Below, piece after piece: positions 12,409 to 25,457 of a stretch of DNA of 64,000 bases. Position numbers and translations under genes: made by a program. This DNA comes from Felis catus (lineage: Eukaryota), in assembly GCF_018350175.1 (NCBI RefSeq), contig NC_058369.1, forward strand, positions 7,070,001 to 7,134,000, written 5' to 3'. Every line of letters begins with the position of its first letter. Within the stretch, counting starts at the first letter, position 1. A model generated the notes under the pieces. That model worked only from the letters and a program-made list of their open reading frames with translations, made no database searches and was not told the origin of the DNA.

Positions 12409-12890
12409 TAGATATAGATATAGATATAGATATAGATATATAGATATATAGATATATAGATATATTTCTCAGCCATAAAAAAGAATGAAATCTTGCCATT
12501 TGCAACAACATGGATGGAGCTAGAGAGTATTATGCTAAGTGACATAAGTCAGTGAGAGAAAGACAAATACAATAAGCTTTCACTCCTGTGTGGAATTCAA
12601 GAAGCAAAACAAACAAGGAAAGGGGAAAGAAGAGAGAGAGGCAAGCCAAGAAACAGACTCTTAACTATAGAGAAAAAACTAGAAGGGAGGTGGTTGGGGG
12701 GATGAGTGAAATGGGTCATGGGTATTAAGGGAGAGCACTTGTCATGATGAGCATTAGGTGACATATGAAATTGTGGAATCATTATACAGTACATCTAAAA
12801 CTAATATTATGTTAACTATGATCACTAACTGGAATTTAAATTAAGTCTTAAAAATAAAAGTGGGTTGGACACAAAAAATAAATAAAATCA
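11915..12890 (+). mobile_element. Carnivore L1 3' fragment in the intron of paralog A
   Basis: ORF2-end peptide [24 protein letters not shown]...[12 protein letters not shown], followed by L1 3'UTR and A-rich tail. Confidence 0.9.
12352..12464. repeat. (TATC)n-(TA)n-(GATA/GATATA)n compound, partly palindromic microsatellite
   Basis: Seen directly, inside the L1 fragment. Confidence 0.9.
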
Positions 12891-13393
12891 GGAAGTGAAA
12901 GAAAATGCTGTGCTCCTCTCCTTATCTCTGAAATGATGATAATGCATGTTGTTGTCTGTTGGGAGTGGTAATGCAGATAAAAGGTAGCAAGCTACATAGA
13001 AAACTTAATTCAGTTCCTGAAACTCGGAGTCCCAAGGTAAAAGTTTGTAACATTCTGGTTACTGTCATCATTGCCATCATCACCATCATCATCACCTTCA
13101 TGATCATTTGCAGGGCAAATTTGTGGGCAGTTAAGAAGGACCAATTTCCCGCTCTGATGGGGAAGATGCCCACGGGAGACAGAAATAACATGGGGGCAAA
13201 AATAGAAATCTAAATAAGAGTTCTTGGATCCGCACCAAAACCAATAACATTAGGTCTTTATAGGGCTGTGAGTTGAATCTTTCCATTTTGGTCCCCTCAT
13301 GTCTGGCTATTCCAACTGCTCTAGTTGTCTTGATGAGGAGGAAACAATGCTCTTCCAGTCCCTTCTGCCTTCAGTCTCTCCCACTGCACTTAC

Positions 13394-13560
13394 TCCTCCT
13401 GGACTGTGCTGTGTCTCTGCTGGAGCAGGTCTGAGGAATGCAGATCCCACTGCCACTCCCCTACCTGGCACTGGATGAGGACAGAGGCTTTGTTTCCAGG
13501 ACTGGCAGGAACACAGATGTAGCTATGGGTCTCCTGGAGCAGACAATTCTGGAAGAAGGA
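13394..13560 (-). other. Predicted first (5'UTR) exon of paralog A; 5' end uncertain
   Basis: Donor GGA|GTAAGT (intron starts 13393) at the position homologous to the donors of B-E. The two ATG positions used by B-D read TGG and CTG here. Confidence 0.65.
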
Positions 13561-13619
13561 GGGACATGTATGGAGCCCACTTAACTTGAACTGGCCACTA
13601 AAGGGCTGGAAAGCACGGG

Positions 13620-13815
13620 CTGATTGTTTACAGCTGTTTGACCTTGAGGGCTCAAAGCACATGGCACATAATTAGCCAAATTGGTCCACGTTCTCTCAAT
13701 CTCTAAGGACATTCTATTACTAATGGAAGAGGAAAAGGAAAAAAGTGAATGTACTGAGGTTGCAGGGGGTTGGGGACGGGGTGTCAAGACCCTTCCTCTT
13801 CTCAGGAAGAAGCTG
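13620..13815 (-). promoter_or_regulatory. Putative OR promoter of paralog A (homeodomain and O/E-like sites)
   Basis: TAATTAG at 13669-13675 and O/E-like TCTCTAAGGA at 13700-13709; block conserved in all five paralogs about 255-275 bp from the donor. Confidence 0.65.
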
Positions 13816-16587
13816 ACCTCTACTCCTCACCTCTGACTTCCAAGTTACATACCTAACCATAAAACTCAGACACATGTTTTTCCACCAGAGAAAGCACCTT
13901 ATGACTTTTATATCTGTGAAGCCATTGACTTAATCATAGTTTAGAGATAATTAGGTCTTCTATACCAAGAATCTGATAGTATTTCTATTTTCTCAATGAA
14001 AATTTATGTCTCTAAGGAGAACTTTCTATTTTTCTTTCTATAGACCTGGTTTGGGGTTTGGAATTTTATACATTGGAGATGTCTGGTTTTTGCTGTTTTG
14101 AATGACTGTCCAGGTTCTAAATTTACCATCTAGCCATATAGATTGTTACATTAGACAACTGTTTATTTTTACATATTTATCTGGTGACTTGATAGTTTGT
14201 TAAATACTTCAGGGGCTCTGAGAGATCTCTACATTCAAAATGGGGGCCAGGGATGTAGTCCTCTCAAGGCTTGACTGGAAGATGAGCTCAGAGATTGATT
14301 TCTCATTTCCTGATACAAAGAAAACCTCAATAATTACCAAATTAATTGAATATGAAAGAAAGTGTGCTAATCATGTTTGTGTGTGCATGAATGGCAGAGG
14401 AAAATTTTAGAGTGTCCAAAGGACCAAATGACAGGAATATAGAGAAGGGTTGGAGAAGGAAGTATGCATACGGAGATGTTTTATAATGCTTGAACAAGAG
14501 GAAAATTTAGTATTAAACTGTAGTCACTTTGTAGCAGGAAGAGCTAATCCAAAGCTAGGTTCATTGCCAGTGAAGCTGGTAGGCCATTGGCTTAGTGTAG
14601 AGGCAGAGCAAATGAAAGCAGTTATCAGAAAGCTTTTCAGAAAGCCCCCAAATTTCTACCTCAGAAACTATCTGTACCACCCGTAAAGGAAAGGTTGATA
14701 TGAACATGGGTTCCTGGGAGTGTAGCAGAAGAGAGAAGAACCCGTCATGATAGAAGTGGTCATGATAGAAGAGAAGGAAGCATGGTTACCAAATGGAATC
14801 CTAATAAGGTGGTTACTAGTGAAAGGGAAGACCTGCCCTTTGCTGAGGACACGGTCCTTTGCTATCCTTGAGTAATGACAATGAAGATACAGTTACATTT
14901 ACCCGCAAAGACTTAGGTGATTTACAACCTACAGCCACAATCAAAACCACTGGAAATATCACCACTACTTGAAACCTCAGTTGTATACCCTTGACCAAGA
15001 CACATCATTACACTCACCTTTTCATCCTCACCCACTTGCATTCTTCCCATTGCATCTCACAATGTAGCTTTATTCCCCACATTACGATTTACCAGAGTTC
15101 AATCAAGAAAAACCTGCACTAGTTATTGTAATGAAGGTAATTTAATGTAGTTATGATTAAATACTTACTGAACAGTGAAGGACACAAAAGGAAAAACATG
15201 GCAACAGAGCAGTAGCCACAGGATGTAGTGATAACAGCATGGGCTAGGAAGTATGGGGAAAAGATTGGGGATTAGTGCATGTGACATTGATCACCATTAT
15301 TGGAAGAACTTAAAGAAAGGACAGATGGAAAATTAGAGCAGTGGTTGCAAGGTCCCTAGCCCCTACCACAGCATCACAACTTAACGTAGAGAAGGGTAAG
15401 TCTGGAGCAGAGAACAAGAGCATAATATTCAGCTATTCAGCACAGTTAACCAGCTGTAGAGTATGGAGGAAGAAGACATGTAAAAAAATATTACCAGGCA
15501 TATGAGGGAAAAAAAGCATATTGGTTATGGCTATGGAAAACTCATATCTCCTCTATTGGATATGAGCTATGGAAAGCTCATATCTCCTCCTTACAAACTC
15601 TGATCACTTGGAGATGTCCAGGATCTGGCCATGAACAGTGAAGGACCCAACACATGTAAATCATCTTTGAATGAAAGGTCTGACAAAATCCCATAGGCCT
15701 CCAAAGTAGCTGCACATTAGCCCCACCTGGGGAGCTGTTAAAAAAGAAAAAGAAAAAAACTGTTCACATTCTTTTCACTCTCCAGTCCAATTGAATCTTC
15801 ATCTATAATGGTGGGACTCAGGCATGAGGATATTTTTAAAGATTTTTTACAGTTTATTTATTTATTTTTGAGAGAGAGAGAGAATCCCAAGCAGGCTCCT
15901 TTCTGTCAGCATAGAGCCCAGTGCAGGGCTCAATCTCATGACACCTGAGAACACTACCTGAGCCAAAATCACGAGTTGGACTCAATGGACTGAGCCACCT
16001 AGGGGCCCCGAGATTTTACTTTTAGGCAATCTCTACACCCAATGTGAGGCTCGAACTTACAACCTCAAGATCAAGAGTTGCTCACTCTTCTGATTGAGTC
16101 AACCAGGCACTCCATAGTATGAGGATTTTAAAAGGCTTATCAGATACTCCAAATAGGAAGCCAAGATTACGGACCAGTGACACACATTCTCTCACACAAC
16201 ATGGATAAATAGATTTGACCAAAGCCAAACTTTCATGGATAATAGACATGATGGTGAAAATGGCTGAGAATTGTGTATCTATTTGAAAAGGGAGCTGTGA
16301 ATTTCTACAGGAAGCTCGGGTCATAGGTGACAAATCAGAAGACTCCATAGGTATAAAGAGATTCAATTGTGCAGTGATATTGGGATACATAGCGTCCTGG
16401 AATACTCCCATAATTCCATCAAAAGGGTGCCAAGATAAGCAATATTTAGAAATGACAAATCAAGAGGAATGGACCACGACCTACAAAAAATGTGGCCAAA
16501 GAGGCACGCTTGCCAATTCCATATGTTTGGTTTGGCAATCATTTCTGATCAATAGGCACACACACAAAAAAAGCCCAAGTATTAAGA

Positions 16588-17530
16588 CTAGGCTGTTCTG
16601 TTAAGGAGCCTCTGCAAGGCCCTCTTGATGTCCCTGTTCCTCAGGCTGTAGATGAAGGGATTCAGCATGGGAGCAACCACAGCATACATCATGGAGGCCA
16701 CTGCATCCTTCCTGGGAGAATGTGAGACAGTCGATCCCAGGAACACCCCAAGACCTGTCCCATAAAATAAGCAAACAACTGACAGGTGAGAGCCACAGGT
16801 GGAGAAGGCTTTGTACTTCCCACCTGTTGATGGGACTCTCAGAACGGAGGAAAGAATTCGTGTATAAGAGAAAAGGATCCCTGAGACTGGAATACCACCA
16901 AAGATGGCACCAATAAAATACATGAATATTTTATTGGTGGAAGTGTCATTACAGGAAAGCTTGAGGAGTTGAGGAGGGTCACAGAAGAAATGGGGAATTT
17001 CCACGTTTGTACAGAAGGTAAGTTGTGACACAATGAGGCATTGCAGCTGAGAGTCCAGAAGGCTGATCAAAAAAGACACCAGAATCAGCAGGCGACAGAG
17101 GCGGGGGTTCATGATGACTGGGTAGTACAGAGGATAGCAAATAGCTACAAATCGATCATAGGCCATCACGGTTAAGAGTACACTGTCCAAACAGCCAAAA
17201 AGATTAAAGAGAGACAACTGAATCAGGCAGCCCGCATGGGAGATCACTCGGTTATGAGTCTGAATGTCCAAAATCACCTTCGGGACGGTGGTAGATGTGA
17301 AACCGATGTCAGCCACGGACAGGATGGAAAGGAAGACGTACATGGGAGTGTGGAGGTGGGAGTCAGAGCTGACAGCCAGGATGATGAGCAGATTCCCAAG
17401 TATGGTGACCACATACATGGACAGGAACAGGCTGAAGGTTAGAGGCTGCCGGTCTGGATCATCTGAGAACCCCAGGAGGAGGAACTCCAACACATCTGTT
17501 AGATTATCTGGTTCCACAGAGCAGAGACAG
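16588..17530 (-). CDS. OR7E-like olfactory receptor, paralog B, main coding exon (exon 2)
   Basis: Uninterrupted 7TM OR frame. Acceptor ttattttccaaaAG|C TGT; the canonical start position is GTG (VEPDNLT). Joins in frame to the exon at 22456-22505. Confidence 0.9.
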
Positions 17531-18083
17531 CTTTTGGAAAATAAATGAGAGTTTACATAACAGAAACAAGTATACAGGAATCCACCAGTGTGGCTATACT
17601 TTGGATGCATGCAATTCACAAATAAAGTATTCACACTTGAGGGAAATGTAGCAACATTTCTCAGCTGTGACAACATATTCTTCCTACAACTCTTTTCTCA
17701 TTGTCTTTTGCTCCATTCACCTGTTTCTATGTGCACCCACTTTGGAAAGATGGAGCTAAGGAAATTAGAGATGCCAAGGATACTTGCAGATTTAAAATTC
17801 CATAAACACACTAACATATCAGTTCCCTCCTTAAAAGAAACAAAAGGAATAAGAAATGTCATTCTCCCTTAAAAGATTGTTTTATTCTAAGGGCACTAAT
17901 TAGCAGTCAAAAGTACTTTATTTCGTCTAAATGCAGAGAAATTACAAACACCCTAAAGAACTATGTAATAAAGTGTCTGACTCCATTTTTGTGGTGATAT
18001 TTGACTGCAAACGGTGGTTAAGGCTCTCTTTACCCCATCTGCCCAACACCTGGGCTAGCTGATTAAAAAAAAAACCGGGTCCT

Positions 18084-18305
18084 TGGGGCGCCTGGGTGGC
18101 TCAGTCAGTTAAGCGTCCGACTTCGGCTCAGGTCATGATCTCACAGTCCGTGAGTTCGAGCCCCTTGTCAGGCTCTGTGCTGACAGCGCAGAGCCTGGAG
18201 CCTGTTTCGGATTCTGTGTCTCCCTCTCTCTCTCTGACCCTCCTCCACTCATGCTCTGTCTGTCTCAAAAATAAATAAACGCTAAAAAAAATTAAAAAAA
18301 AAAAA
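18084..18305 (+). mobile_element. Can-SINE (SINEC_Fc-like)
   Basis: Canonical head, CT tract, A tail; flanking repeat aaaaccgggtcct/aaacccgggtcct. Confidence 0.92.
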
Positions 18306-18311
18306 CCCGGG

Positions 18312-18750
18312 TCCTCCAGTTATAAGTAAGTTCTGAGGATGTGATGTACAGCATGGTAACTATAGTTAATAATACCGTGTTTCATATTTGAAAGCTGTTA
18401 AGAGTAGATCTTAAAAGTTTTCATTACAAGAAAAAAATTTGCAGGGCCCCTGGGTCGCTCAGTCGGCTGAGCACCCAACCCTTAATTTCGGCTCAGGTCA
18501 TGATCCCAGAGTCATGGGATCAAGCTCTGTGCTGAGTTAGAGCCTGTTTAAGATCCTTTCTCTCCCTCTGTGCCTCCCCTGCCTGCCTGCTCTCTCTCTC
18601 AAAAAAAATTGGAACTATGTATGGTGATGGAGGTTAACTAGACCGTGGTCATCATTTTGTAATATGTATAAATTTTGAATCATTATGTTGTATACTTGAC
18701 CCTAATATAATGTTATATGTCAACTTATCTCAAAAAACAAACAACAAAAA
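18312..18750 (+). mobile_element. Old L1 (L1MA/L1_Carn) 3'UTR fragment, itself interrupted by a Can-SINE at about 18443-18608
   Basis: 'ctgaggatgtgatgtacagcatggtaactatagttaataatac...agagtagatcttaaaag' L1 3'UTR signature. Confidence 0.75.
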
Positions 18751-18908
18751 AAGCAAGCCAGGCACCCTGGGTTCTCCCTCCTTTGGAGACAGTGAAACAT
18801 TCAAACCTCACAAGCACATAGGCAGGAATTCTCTCTCTCTGAACTCACACCATAGCCACAATACAAAATCGAAGCCAATCGCTTTCCTTGAACTTTTGAA
18901 CCATTTCA

Positions 18909-19273
18909 TTTTTTTTTTTAATTTACATCCAAATTAGTTAGCATATACTGCAACAGTGATTTCAGGAGTAGATTCCTTAGTGCCCCTGACCCATTTAGCC
19001 CATCCCCCCTCCCGCAGCCCCTCCCGTAACCCTCAGTTTGTTCTCCATATTTATGAGTCTCTTCTGTTTTGCCCCCTCCCTGTTTTTAGATTATTTTTGT
19101 TTCCCTTCCCTTATGTCCATCTGTTTTGTCTCTTAAAGTCCTCATATGAGTAAAGTCATATGATTTTTGTCTTTCTCTGACTGACTAATTTCACTTAGCA
19201 TAATACCCTCCAGTTCCATCCACGTAGTTGCAAATGGCAAGATTTCATTCTTTTTGATTGCCGAGTAATACTC

Positions 19274-19312
<39 letters not shown>

Positions 19313-19356
19313 CATATATGTATACACACACACACATATATATATACCATCTTGTG
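18909..19356 (-). mobile_element. Young carnivore L1 3' end fragment
   Basis: EYYSAIKKNEILPFATTWMELEGIMLSEISQSEKDK on the minus strand; TSD ccatttca at 18901-18908 and 19357-19364; internal (TG)n. Confidence 0.9.
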
Positions 19357-21049
19357 CCATTTCAGACCAGTTTAGAAAGCCTGCTATGCTTTCCCTAAAA
19401 GGAGATCTTTATGAAGAATAAAACGTTTTATAACCTCTTGTATGTGTGGCATTATCAGCCTCAACATCCAAGCCAAATTTTGAATAGGAGTCAATCCTAT
19501 TTCTGCAGTGTCCTATTGATGCAGTGACTAGGGCATGAGGCAGTGACCACCACCAGACGAGGTCTTTCTTCTCTTGGTCTGGCTTGCTCACTGGCTCTGC
19601 TGCCTCATGGCAAGCATGCACTCTGGACTGTGCTGCACTGTGATGCATTTCTTGAGCCCTTCCAATCCTTTCTTATAGATCCAAATGACCTAATTTAGAA
19701 GTGTCAATAATCATTTGGTTGTTAGAGACAAGAGTATGGGATGGGGTCTTTTTCTTTTAACATTTATCTTTGTGAGGGGAGCTAGCACAAGTGGGGGAGG
19801 GGTAGAGAGAGGGGGACAGAGGATCTGAAGCATGCTCTGTGCTGACAGGCTGACAGCAGTGAACCTGATGTGGGGCTCGAACTCACCAAGCACAAAATCA
19901 TGACCTGAGCCTAAGTCGGATGGACGCTCAACTGACTGAATCACCCAGGTGCCCCAGGGTTGGGTCTTTTCTTAATGTGGCCCTGGGTCTTGTGTCTTGG
20001 CCCAGACCTATCCATGTCTTAGAATGAAGCTGTGGCTGACACTAGGGTTGAGGAAAGGCTCTTACCCTGACTGTTGTGTGTTTCAAACCAGCATTGGCCT
20101 CTATGAGTGCTCAAGGAAAGAGTACACCCTGTGCAAGAACTAGGTCCATTGGGTGGTTGCACATGGAAGTGTCATTGGAGAGATAGAGAGGGAAAGAGAG
20201 ACAGAGGGAGGGAAATAAAGGAAGAAGGGGAGAGGGGAGGGGAAGGAAGGAGAAGGGGAAGAAAAGCAGTCATCGTGTGTCATATGAGGTCTGCATTCCT
20301 AAAAACAGGCTGGGACCTTTCAATACCTCTGCTGTTCCTGTTGCCCATGCCTTTGTCACAACAAAGATCCAGATCCCCAGGGTTATAGGGAGAAACATCC
20401 ATAGCATCCCAGTAGCACAGTAAAGAGGTTAGTGTAGACCTGGCTTAGGCATGGGATATATAAACCCTATAAAACAATCATCATCATGGAAGAGGCCCCT
20501 CATCATGAAGATCCTGGCTGGAGGCTCTCTGGAGAAAGAAATTTACAAATATGAGCAGGATGGAGAGGACCTCCTTTGAAATATATACAGTGTTTAAAAA
20601 CAAAGAAAAAAAAAGAAGAGAAAGAAACTTGCATATGTGGAAGGAGACAAAAAATAGAACAGCTATACAATTTGATCCAATTAGAAATCTGAAATGTACT
20701 AAAATACTTTATAGAACAAAAAATAAAAAGGTGCTGATTGGCTTTGCATCTCTTCACACAGGTTCTGAATTAACTTTAATATCTGCTGAAATGCACCAGT
20801 TGGCAAACTTCATGTTCTCAATCAATACAGGGGTTCAGGTTACAGTCATTTCTTGGGATCCCATTAAATTTAAACAACGTACCCTATAGAATCTTAGGGA
20901 GGATGTTCTTGAACATAAGAAGAGTGAAAAAACATGTATGCTTCACCTTCACCATTAAAACTATTGCCTTGCCCTCAAAGATCCCACAATGGGCATGAAC
21001 ACTCTGACCCTATGAGTAGTAAACTAAAATTGAATTAAGTCTTTGGCAC

Positions 21050-21360
21050 TGTATAGGAAAAACCCACGCACTTTTTCACCTCCTCCAATTCTCCATTATT
21101 TTACACAGAATACTTTCCCCCCACACTAAGCAATTCTCTACAAGAGCTGAATGCCCTACAGTTTAACTCAGTTCTGACACTATCTGCCTGGAGTGTCAGA
21201 TCCCAGAGGATAAGGGCTCAATCTCACAAGACTGCTCCCACCCCACTTCAGATGCCAGTCGTGAGTAGTATGTCCGTCACGTTCTGGCCAATTTCTGTCT
21301 GATTTGGCTACAAACCAGGGGTTCCCATGGCCCCTTCCTCAGGGTTTGGTTAATTTGATT
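21050..21360. mobile_element. ERV1 (MER4-group-like) LTR fragment
   Basis: 'gtcagatcccagaggataagggctcaatctcacaagactgctcccaccccacttcagatgccagtcg' motif typical of ERV1 LTRs. Confidence 0.55.
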
Positions 21361-22455
21361 TGTCACTCTGGAAGAGTGCTTGGAGGAAACCACTGAATCT
21401 CATTCATTTGTCATACAGGACATGCCTGGAAGAAAAGAAAACTTAGACGGGAAAGCCTCTAGTGTATGGAAGCCATATTGATTACATTGTCTTCCTGTGA
21501 ACTAACAAAGGGTAATCAATATTATATATATTATATGTATATATAATATACATAATACATATACATACACATACACTGTGCTAACCACAGTGTAGGTGCT
21601 GAGGATGAATGAGGCTCAGTTGTTTCCTGCTGACATTCTGCCTGGAGTGATCTAGAAAGAAAAAGGAAAGGCAGGTTGAGATGTTGGTTGGTTTTCGTTT
21701 GTTTGTTTGTTTGTTTGTTTGAATATTTTACTTCACCAACTATGTCAAAAAATATAATTTCACCCATAAACAACATTGAGATATTTTACATTCTTTTTTG
21801 AACATCTTCAAAATCTGGTATCTTGTATGGGCAGATCATGTCAATTTGGACCACTCACATTTCAAGGGCTCACAAGCCACATGAAACTAAGTTGTACGGA
21901 AAGACATCGCCCACACCCTGTGCCTTGTGAATAGAGTCTTGATACTCAGATCCAAACCTGACTTCACCCCTTTTGACCCCAGGACTTGGTGAAAATAAAT
22001 AAGAATGCTGTGCTCTTTTCCTCAATTGTGCACCTGTGTTTTGGGAAGGATTATGTACATGAAAATAAAAAGCTGCATAGCACAAAGTTCAGAGCCTGGC
22101 ACATGCAGACTCTCAATAAAGTGTTGTAGAATGGCTACTCTCCTCATCACCGTCATGATTACCATCATCACATTCATGATCCTTTTGGAGTGCGGAGGGA
22201 ACAATTTGGAGACATCCATTTCTTGCTCTCATGTGAGTGTGGCATATGGAAGCTAGAAATGGTGTTGGAGGAGAGCAGAATTCTGAATGAGATTCTGAAA
22301 TTCCCAATAGGAAAAAGAACATCAACTTCATAGGCCTCTGAGCTGAAACTTGGCATAGGGCTGTCCTCCCATCTGGCCAGCCCCAGCTTGTCTTGCTGAG
22401 GAGGAAACAGTTCCCAACAGTCCCTCTTCCATCCACCATCTTCCTGGACACTCAC

Positions 22456-22505
22456 TGGTCTGTGCTGTACCTCTGCCGGGTCATGACATAGGAGTTTGGA
22501 TCCAT
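22456..22505 (-). CDS. Predicted coding part of exon 1 of paralog B (MDPNSYVMTRQRYSTD + 2 nt)
   Basis: ATG 22505 (aggATGg) and a second in-frame ATG at 22484; donor CCA|GTGAGT (intron starts 22455). Phase 2 matches the acceptor at 17530, giving 330 or 323 aa. A further in-frame ATG lies at 22580 if the transcript extends that far. Confidence 0.72.
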
Positions 22506-22669
22506 CCTCCCCTCCTGCCTGGTAAGTGATGATGGCTGAGGTTTTGTGCTCAGGACTGGCAGGAAGACAGCCTCAGGCATGAATCTTGTTCTGCAGATGA
22601 TGACTCTTGGAGGAGAAGACACAGTATGAATCCTAACGGAATTGCCATCCAGAAAGGCTGGAGGCACTG

Positions 22670-22845
22670 GCTAATTATTTACTCCTCTATGACCTTGAGA
22701 GCTCAATGCACAGAGCTCATAATTAGCAAAATTGGTCCATGCTATCCCACTCTCTGAGGACTTCCTAATAACAGAAGAATAAAATGAGAAAAGTGACTGT
22801 AGTTAGAAGGGTCTAGGCCCTTCTTTCTCTCTGGAGAAAGCTCAT
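22670..22845 (-). promoter_or_regulatory. Putative OR promoter of paralog B
   Basis: TAATTAG 22720-22726, second TAATTA near 22672, O/E-like TCTCTGAGGA 22751-22760. Confidence 0.65.
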
Positions 22846-23224
22846 CTGTCTGTACACTTTCCTTCTGACTTCTAATTTCAAGGCTCTTAATATAAAATAC
22901 AGACTCTTTTTTTTTTTCAATTTAATGTATGGCTTTTTGACTTTGACATCTACCAATCGATTATGTCAGTCATGTAAATTAGGGAGAATTTGGTTTTCTG
23001 CAACAAGAATCAGAGGCTATTTCCATCTTCTAAGTTAAAATTGATGTTCCTAAGAGGAACTTCCTTTTTCCCGTTTTTAGGGGGTTTTGTTCCCTTATTT
23101 AAATGACAGCCCGAGTTCTAATTTTTCTGTTTCTTTGATGTATGTTGGCATATTAAGTACTATTAATTTTTATATGTTTATTTATAACCTGCTACTTCTC
23201 TTAAATAAACAAGAGTATCTAACA

Positions 23225-23637
23225 AGACTGCAATGAGTGTGCCAGCTGGAGTTACAGTCCCCTCAAAGTTTGACTGGGAGAAGACCTATTTCCAAGCGCA
23301 CTCACATAGCTGTTGGAAGGATGGACTCCCTGTGGGCTGTTGGCCAGAGGTATTCTTCAGTTCTCTGCCACATGGGTCTTTCGTGGGGAAGCGACATAGC
23401 AGCTGGCTTCCATCAGGATAAGCACGCCGGTGACAAGGAAACTACAGACAGGAAGTCGAAAGCCAGAGTCTTTTTGTACCCCAATCTCAGAAGTGACATC
23501 CCATCAGTGTTGCCATGTTGTGTTGGTTGGAAGCAAGTCACTAGGCCCAGGACACACTTAAGGGGATAAGTCTCCACTTTGGTATAAATCCAGGAGGTGG
23601 AGGTCTTTGGGAACATATGAGAATCTACCCACCATGC
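23225..23637 (-). mobile_element. MLT1-type MaLR LTR relic
   Basis: 'ttccaagcgcactcacatagctgttgg...cagttctctgccacatggg...cagaagtgacatcccatca' MLT1 signature; homologous copy at about 35900-36315. Confidence 0.7.
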
Positions 23638-24059
23638 AGGTCTCACCCTTGTTCAGGACATTGGTCTTAAACACCACAAGACTCTGAAGATGTCTCTCTG
23701 CTTCCCAACACAGCCCACAACCCATAACACCAAAAGACTCTCAACAAAATTCCTCTGCAAAAGATCTGACATGTGAGCAGAAATGGCCACTGATTTGGTA
23801 TTTCTGCAGACCCCACCATGTTGCTTCAGGACATGAAGCTAATATAGCTTCTCTTCTACCACCAGGGTAGAAGATCCAAGTTAGATGTCTGCCTCCATTG
23901 ACATCACACCAAGCTGAGCCGTTCTGTGCTCAAATTTAACAGATGCCCCCAGTAGTTTCTGATTTCTGCGCATTGAGAAGAATTCATTTGCCCTCGAATG
24001 TATTTTCTTTACATTACTTTGTGTTCACAAATCCTAACATTTAAATAAATGGCCTGTTG

Positions 24060-24277
24060 AGGGGCGCCTGGGTGCCTCAGTCGGTTAAGCGCCCGACTTC
24101 AGCTCAGGTCATGACCTCGAAGTTTGTGAGTTCAAGCCCCGCGTCAGGCTCTGTGCTGACAGCTCAGAGCCTGGAGCCTGCTTCAGATTCTGTGTCTCCT
24201 TCTCTCTCTGCCCCTTCCCCACTTGTGCTCTCTCTCTGTCTCTCAAAAATAAGTAAATGTAAAAAAAATTTTTTTTA
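24060..24277 (+). mobile_element. Can-SINE (SINEC_Fc-like)
   Basis: Canonical sequence; TSD aaataaatggcctgttg on both sides. Confidence 0.92.
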
Positions 24278-24634
24278 AATAAATGGCCTGTTGGTTTTTT
24301 TCTGGGTGACAAAATAAATTGTGTGAAAATATTGGTCCCTCACAACCTGCCACAGCCTATCATGTGGTTCTCCTGGTTCAGAGGACTCTGGATGAGTAAC
24401 TCAGAGAATGGTTTATCATTAACTGATGCAAAGAAAAATCAATTAATCCAAGATGGTGAAGAAGCAATCCTGGCCTCTGCCACACCCACCTGAGAGATCA
24501 ATAATTAACCATCCATGAGCAAAAACAGCTCTGGAAGAGCTCAGGAGTCTACTTAAGAAACTTCAGCAAACAGTGACTAACCACACAAAAGGGAATAACC
24601 TGAGAATAAGGTTAACACAAGAATAACTACACAA

Positions 24635-24859
24635 GGGGCGCCTGGGTGGCGCAGTCGGTTAAGCGTCCGACTTCAGCCAGGTCACGATCTCGCGGTCCGT
24701 GAGTTTGAGCCCGCGTCGGGCTCTGGGCTGATGGCTCAGAGCCTGGAGCCTGTTTCCGATTCTGTGTCTCCCTCTCTCTCTGCCCCTCGCCTGTTCATGC
24801 TCTGTCTCTCTCTGTCCCAAAAATAAATAAACGTTGAAAAAAAAATTAAAAAGAAAAAA
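24635..24859 (+). mobile_element. Young felid Can-SINE (SINEC_Fc type)
   Basis: CpG-rich, near-consensus; 16-bp TSD aagaataactacacaa at 24619-24634 and 24860-24875. Confidence 0.95.
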
Positions 24860-25233
24860 AAGAATAACTACACAAAAGGGAAGAAAGAATAGCTTCATTT
24901 TGCCTGCATCATTCCATCCCTCAGTTACCACTGCTCAGCACCAAGAGGGTATTCATCAGCTAGAAGAGCTCCTCTCAAAAGGAAAGGGAGAGTAGGGTGA
25001 GTGACCAGTTTGCCCAGAGGTTCAGGGCTCTGCACAAAGGACCTGCTTCTGGTATACCCCACCCAGAGAATGGCAAAGCTTGCACATACAGATGCAGCTA
25101 GAAACAAGGAAGAAGTGTAAGCACTACCAATATCAACCACAAGCAGGTATGGTAATGACATAAAAATAGACACAGAAACCAATAGTACAGACTCAACAGC
25201 CCAGAAATAAACCCCTGCATATATAGTCAACTA

Positions 25234-25457
25234 ATTTTTTTTTAATTTTTTTTAACGTTTATTTATTTTGGGGACAGAGAGAGACAGAGCATGAACGGGG
25301 GAGGGGCAGAGAGAGAGGGAGACACAGAATCGGAAGCAGGCTCCAGGCTGTGAGCCATCAGCCCAGAGCCTGACATGGGGCTCGAACTCACGGACCGCGA
25401 GATGGTGACCTGAGCTGAAGTCAGATGCTTAACCGACTGAGCCACCCAGGCGCCCCT
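25234..25457 (-). mobile_element. Young Can-SINE
   Basis: Reverse-complement canonical sequence; flanking repeat tatagtcaactaat. Confidence 0.92.

Larger units (their letters stand above)
17964..19522 (+). mobile_element. ERV LTR relic interrupted by two Can-SINEs and two L1 fragments
   Basis: Starts TGTAATAAAGTGTCTGACTCCATTTT (LTR-like), AATAAA near 19416, ends ...TGCA; followed by internal-like sequence. Confidence 0.5.

Noticed and set aside
17531..17676. 49-aa N-terminal extension of the 362-aa ORF
   Set aside because: It starts at a TTG, runs through intronic sequence upstream of the acceptor and is not conserved as protein among the paralogs.
22518..22530. Plus-strand donor-like CTG|GT(A/G)AGT inside exon 1 of B, D (about 51554) and E (about 63298), hinting at a spliced antisense RNA
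   Set aside because: Absent in A and C, with no supporting plus-strand promoter or acceptor; shared descent explains it.
24635..24720. tRNA-like sequences at SINE heads
   Set aside because: tRNA-derived Can-SINE 5' regions with CT tract, A tail and TSDs; not tRNA genes.
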